A DNA stretch of 62,878 bases, the filler included, from Octopus bimaculoides (lineage: Eukaryota), in NCBI RefSeq assembly GCF_001194135.2. It is 3 parts of 3 records of this genome, joined end to end, with 100 filler letters (N's around TTAATTAATTAA, not from the genome) between each part and the next. Parts side by side here need not be neighbours in the genome. Positions count along the whole stretch, not along the records: positions 51,374 to 62,878 come from NC_068982.1; 2 more parts are not named here. One strand, 5' to 3'. Both the position numbers and the translations under genes were made by a program. This document shows, in pieces, positions 62,793 to 62,878 of this stretch. Under the pieces are notes generated by a model. It worked only from the letters and a program-made list of their open reading frames with translations, was not told the DNA's origin and searched no databases. Numbering within the stretch: the stretch's first letter is position 1; the number at the start of each line of letters is the position of its first letter.

Positions 62793-62878
62793 CATAGAGA
62801 GAGAGGGAGAGGGAGAGAAAGAGTGAGAGAAAGAGAAGGAGAGAGAAAAATAGTGAGACAAAACTGTGTATGTATATA

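Overview
This is AT-rich, microsatellite-dense eukaryotic DNA with about 16 larger N-gaps. The tRNA-headed SINE families and repeat landscape point to an octopus genome (inference; species not verifiable here). No long intact ORF exists, and nearly all ORF-track entries are microsatellite or N-gap artefacts. The window is mostly transposable-element remnants: LINEs (RTE, CR1, L1/Tx1, Penelope-like), DNA transposons (mariner, Tc1, pogo/Tigger, hAT), a near full-length Chapaev3-type element with TIRs and TTA TSD (23855-25869), a Merlin-like MITE with an 8-bp TSD inside a SINE (27835-28617), and about 20 copies of three SINE families. Host-gene evidence is limited to short candidate exons, the best being a phase-compatible minus-strand pair at 55099-55181 and 54751-54799. 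I cannot support a new protein-coding system. The most unusual signals are RNA-structural or epigenomic: a nested double foldback with hammerhead-ribozyme-like cores (39876-40713), a 76-nt near-perfect hairpin (15219-15294), a minisatellite derived from a SINE tail (29985-30473), inverted SINEs bracketing the exon island, and a CpG-decay contrast between same-family repeats in the first ~22 kb and the rest. Two 100-bp artificial spacers (44N-TTAATTAATTAA-44N) mark scaffold joins, so contiguity across them is not guaranteed. Remnant boundaries are approximate unless TIRs or TSDs are quoted, and all family assignments come from motif recognition without database searches.
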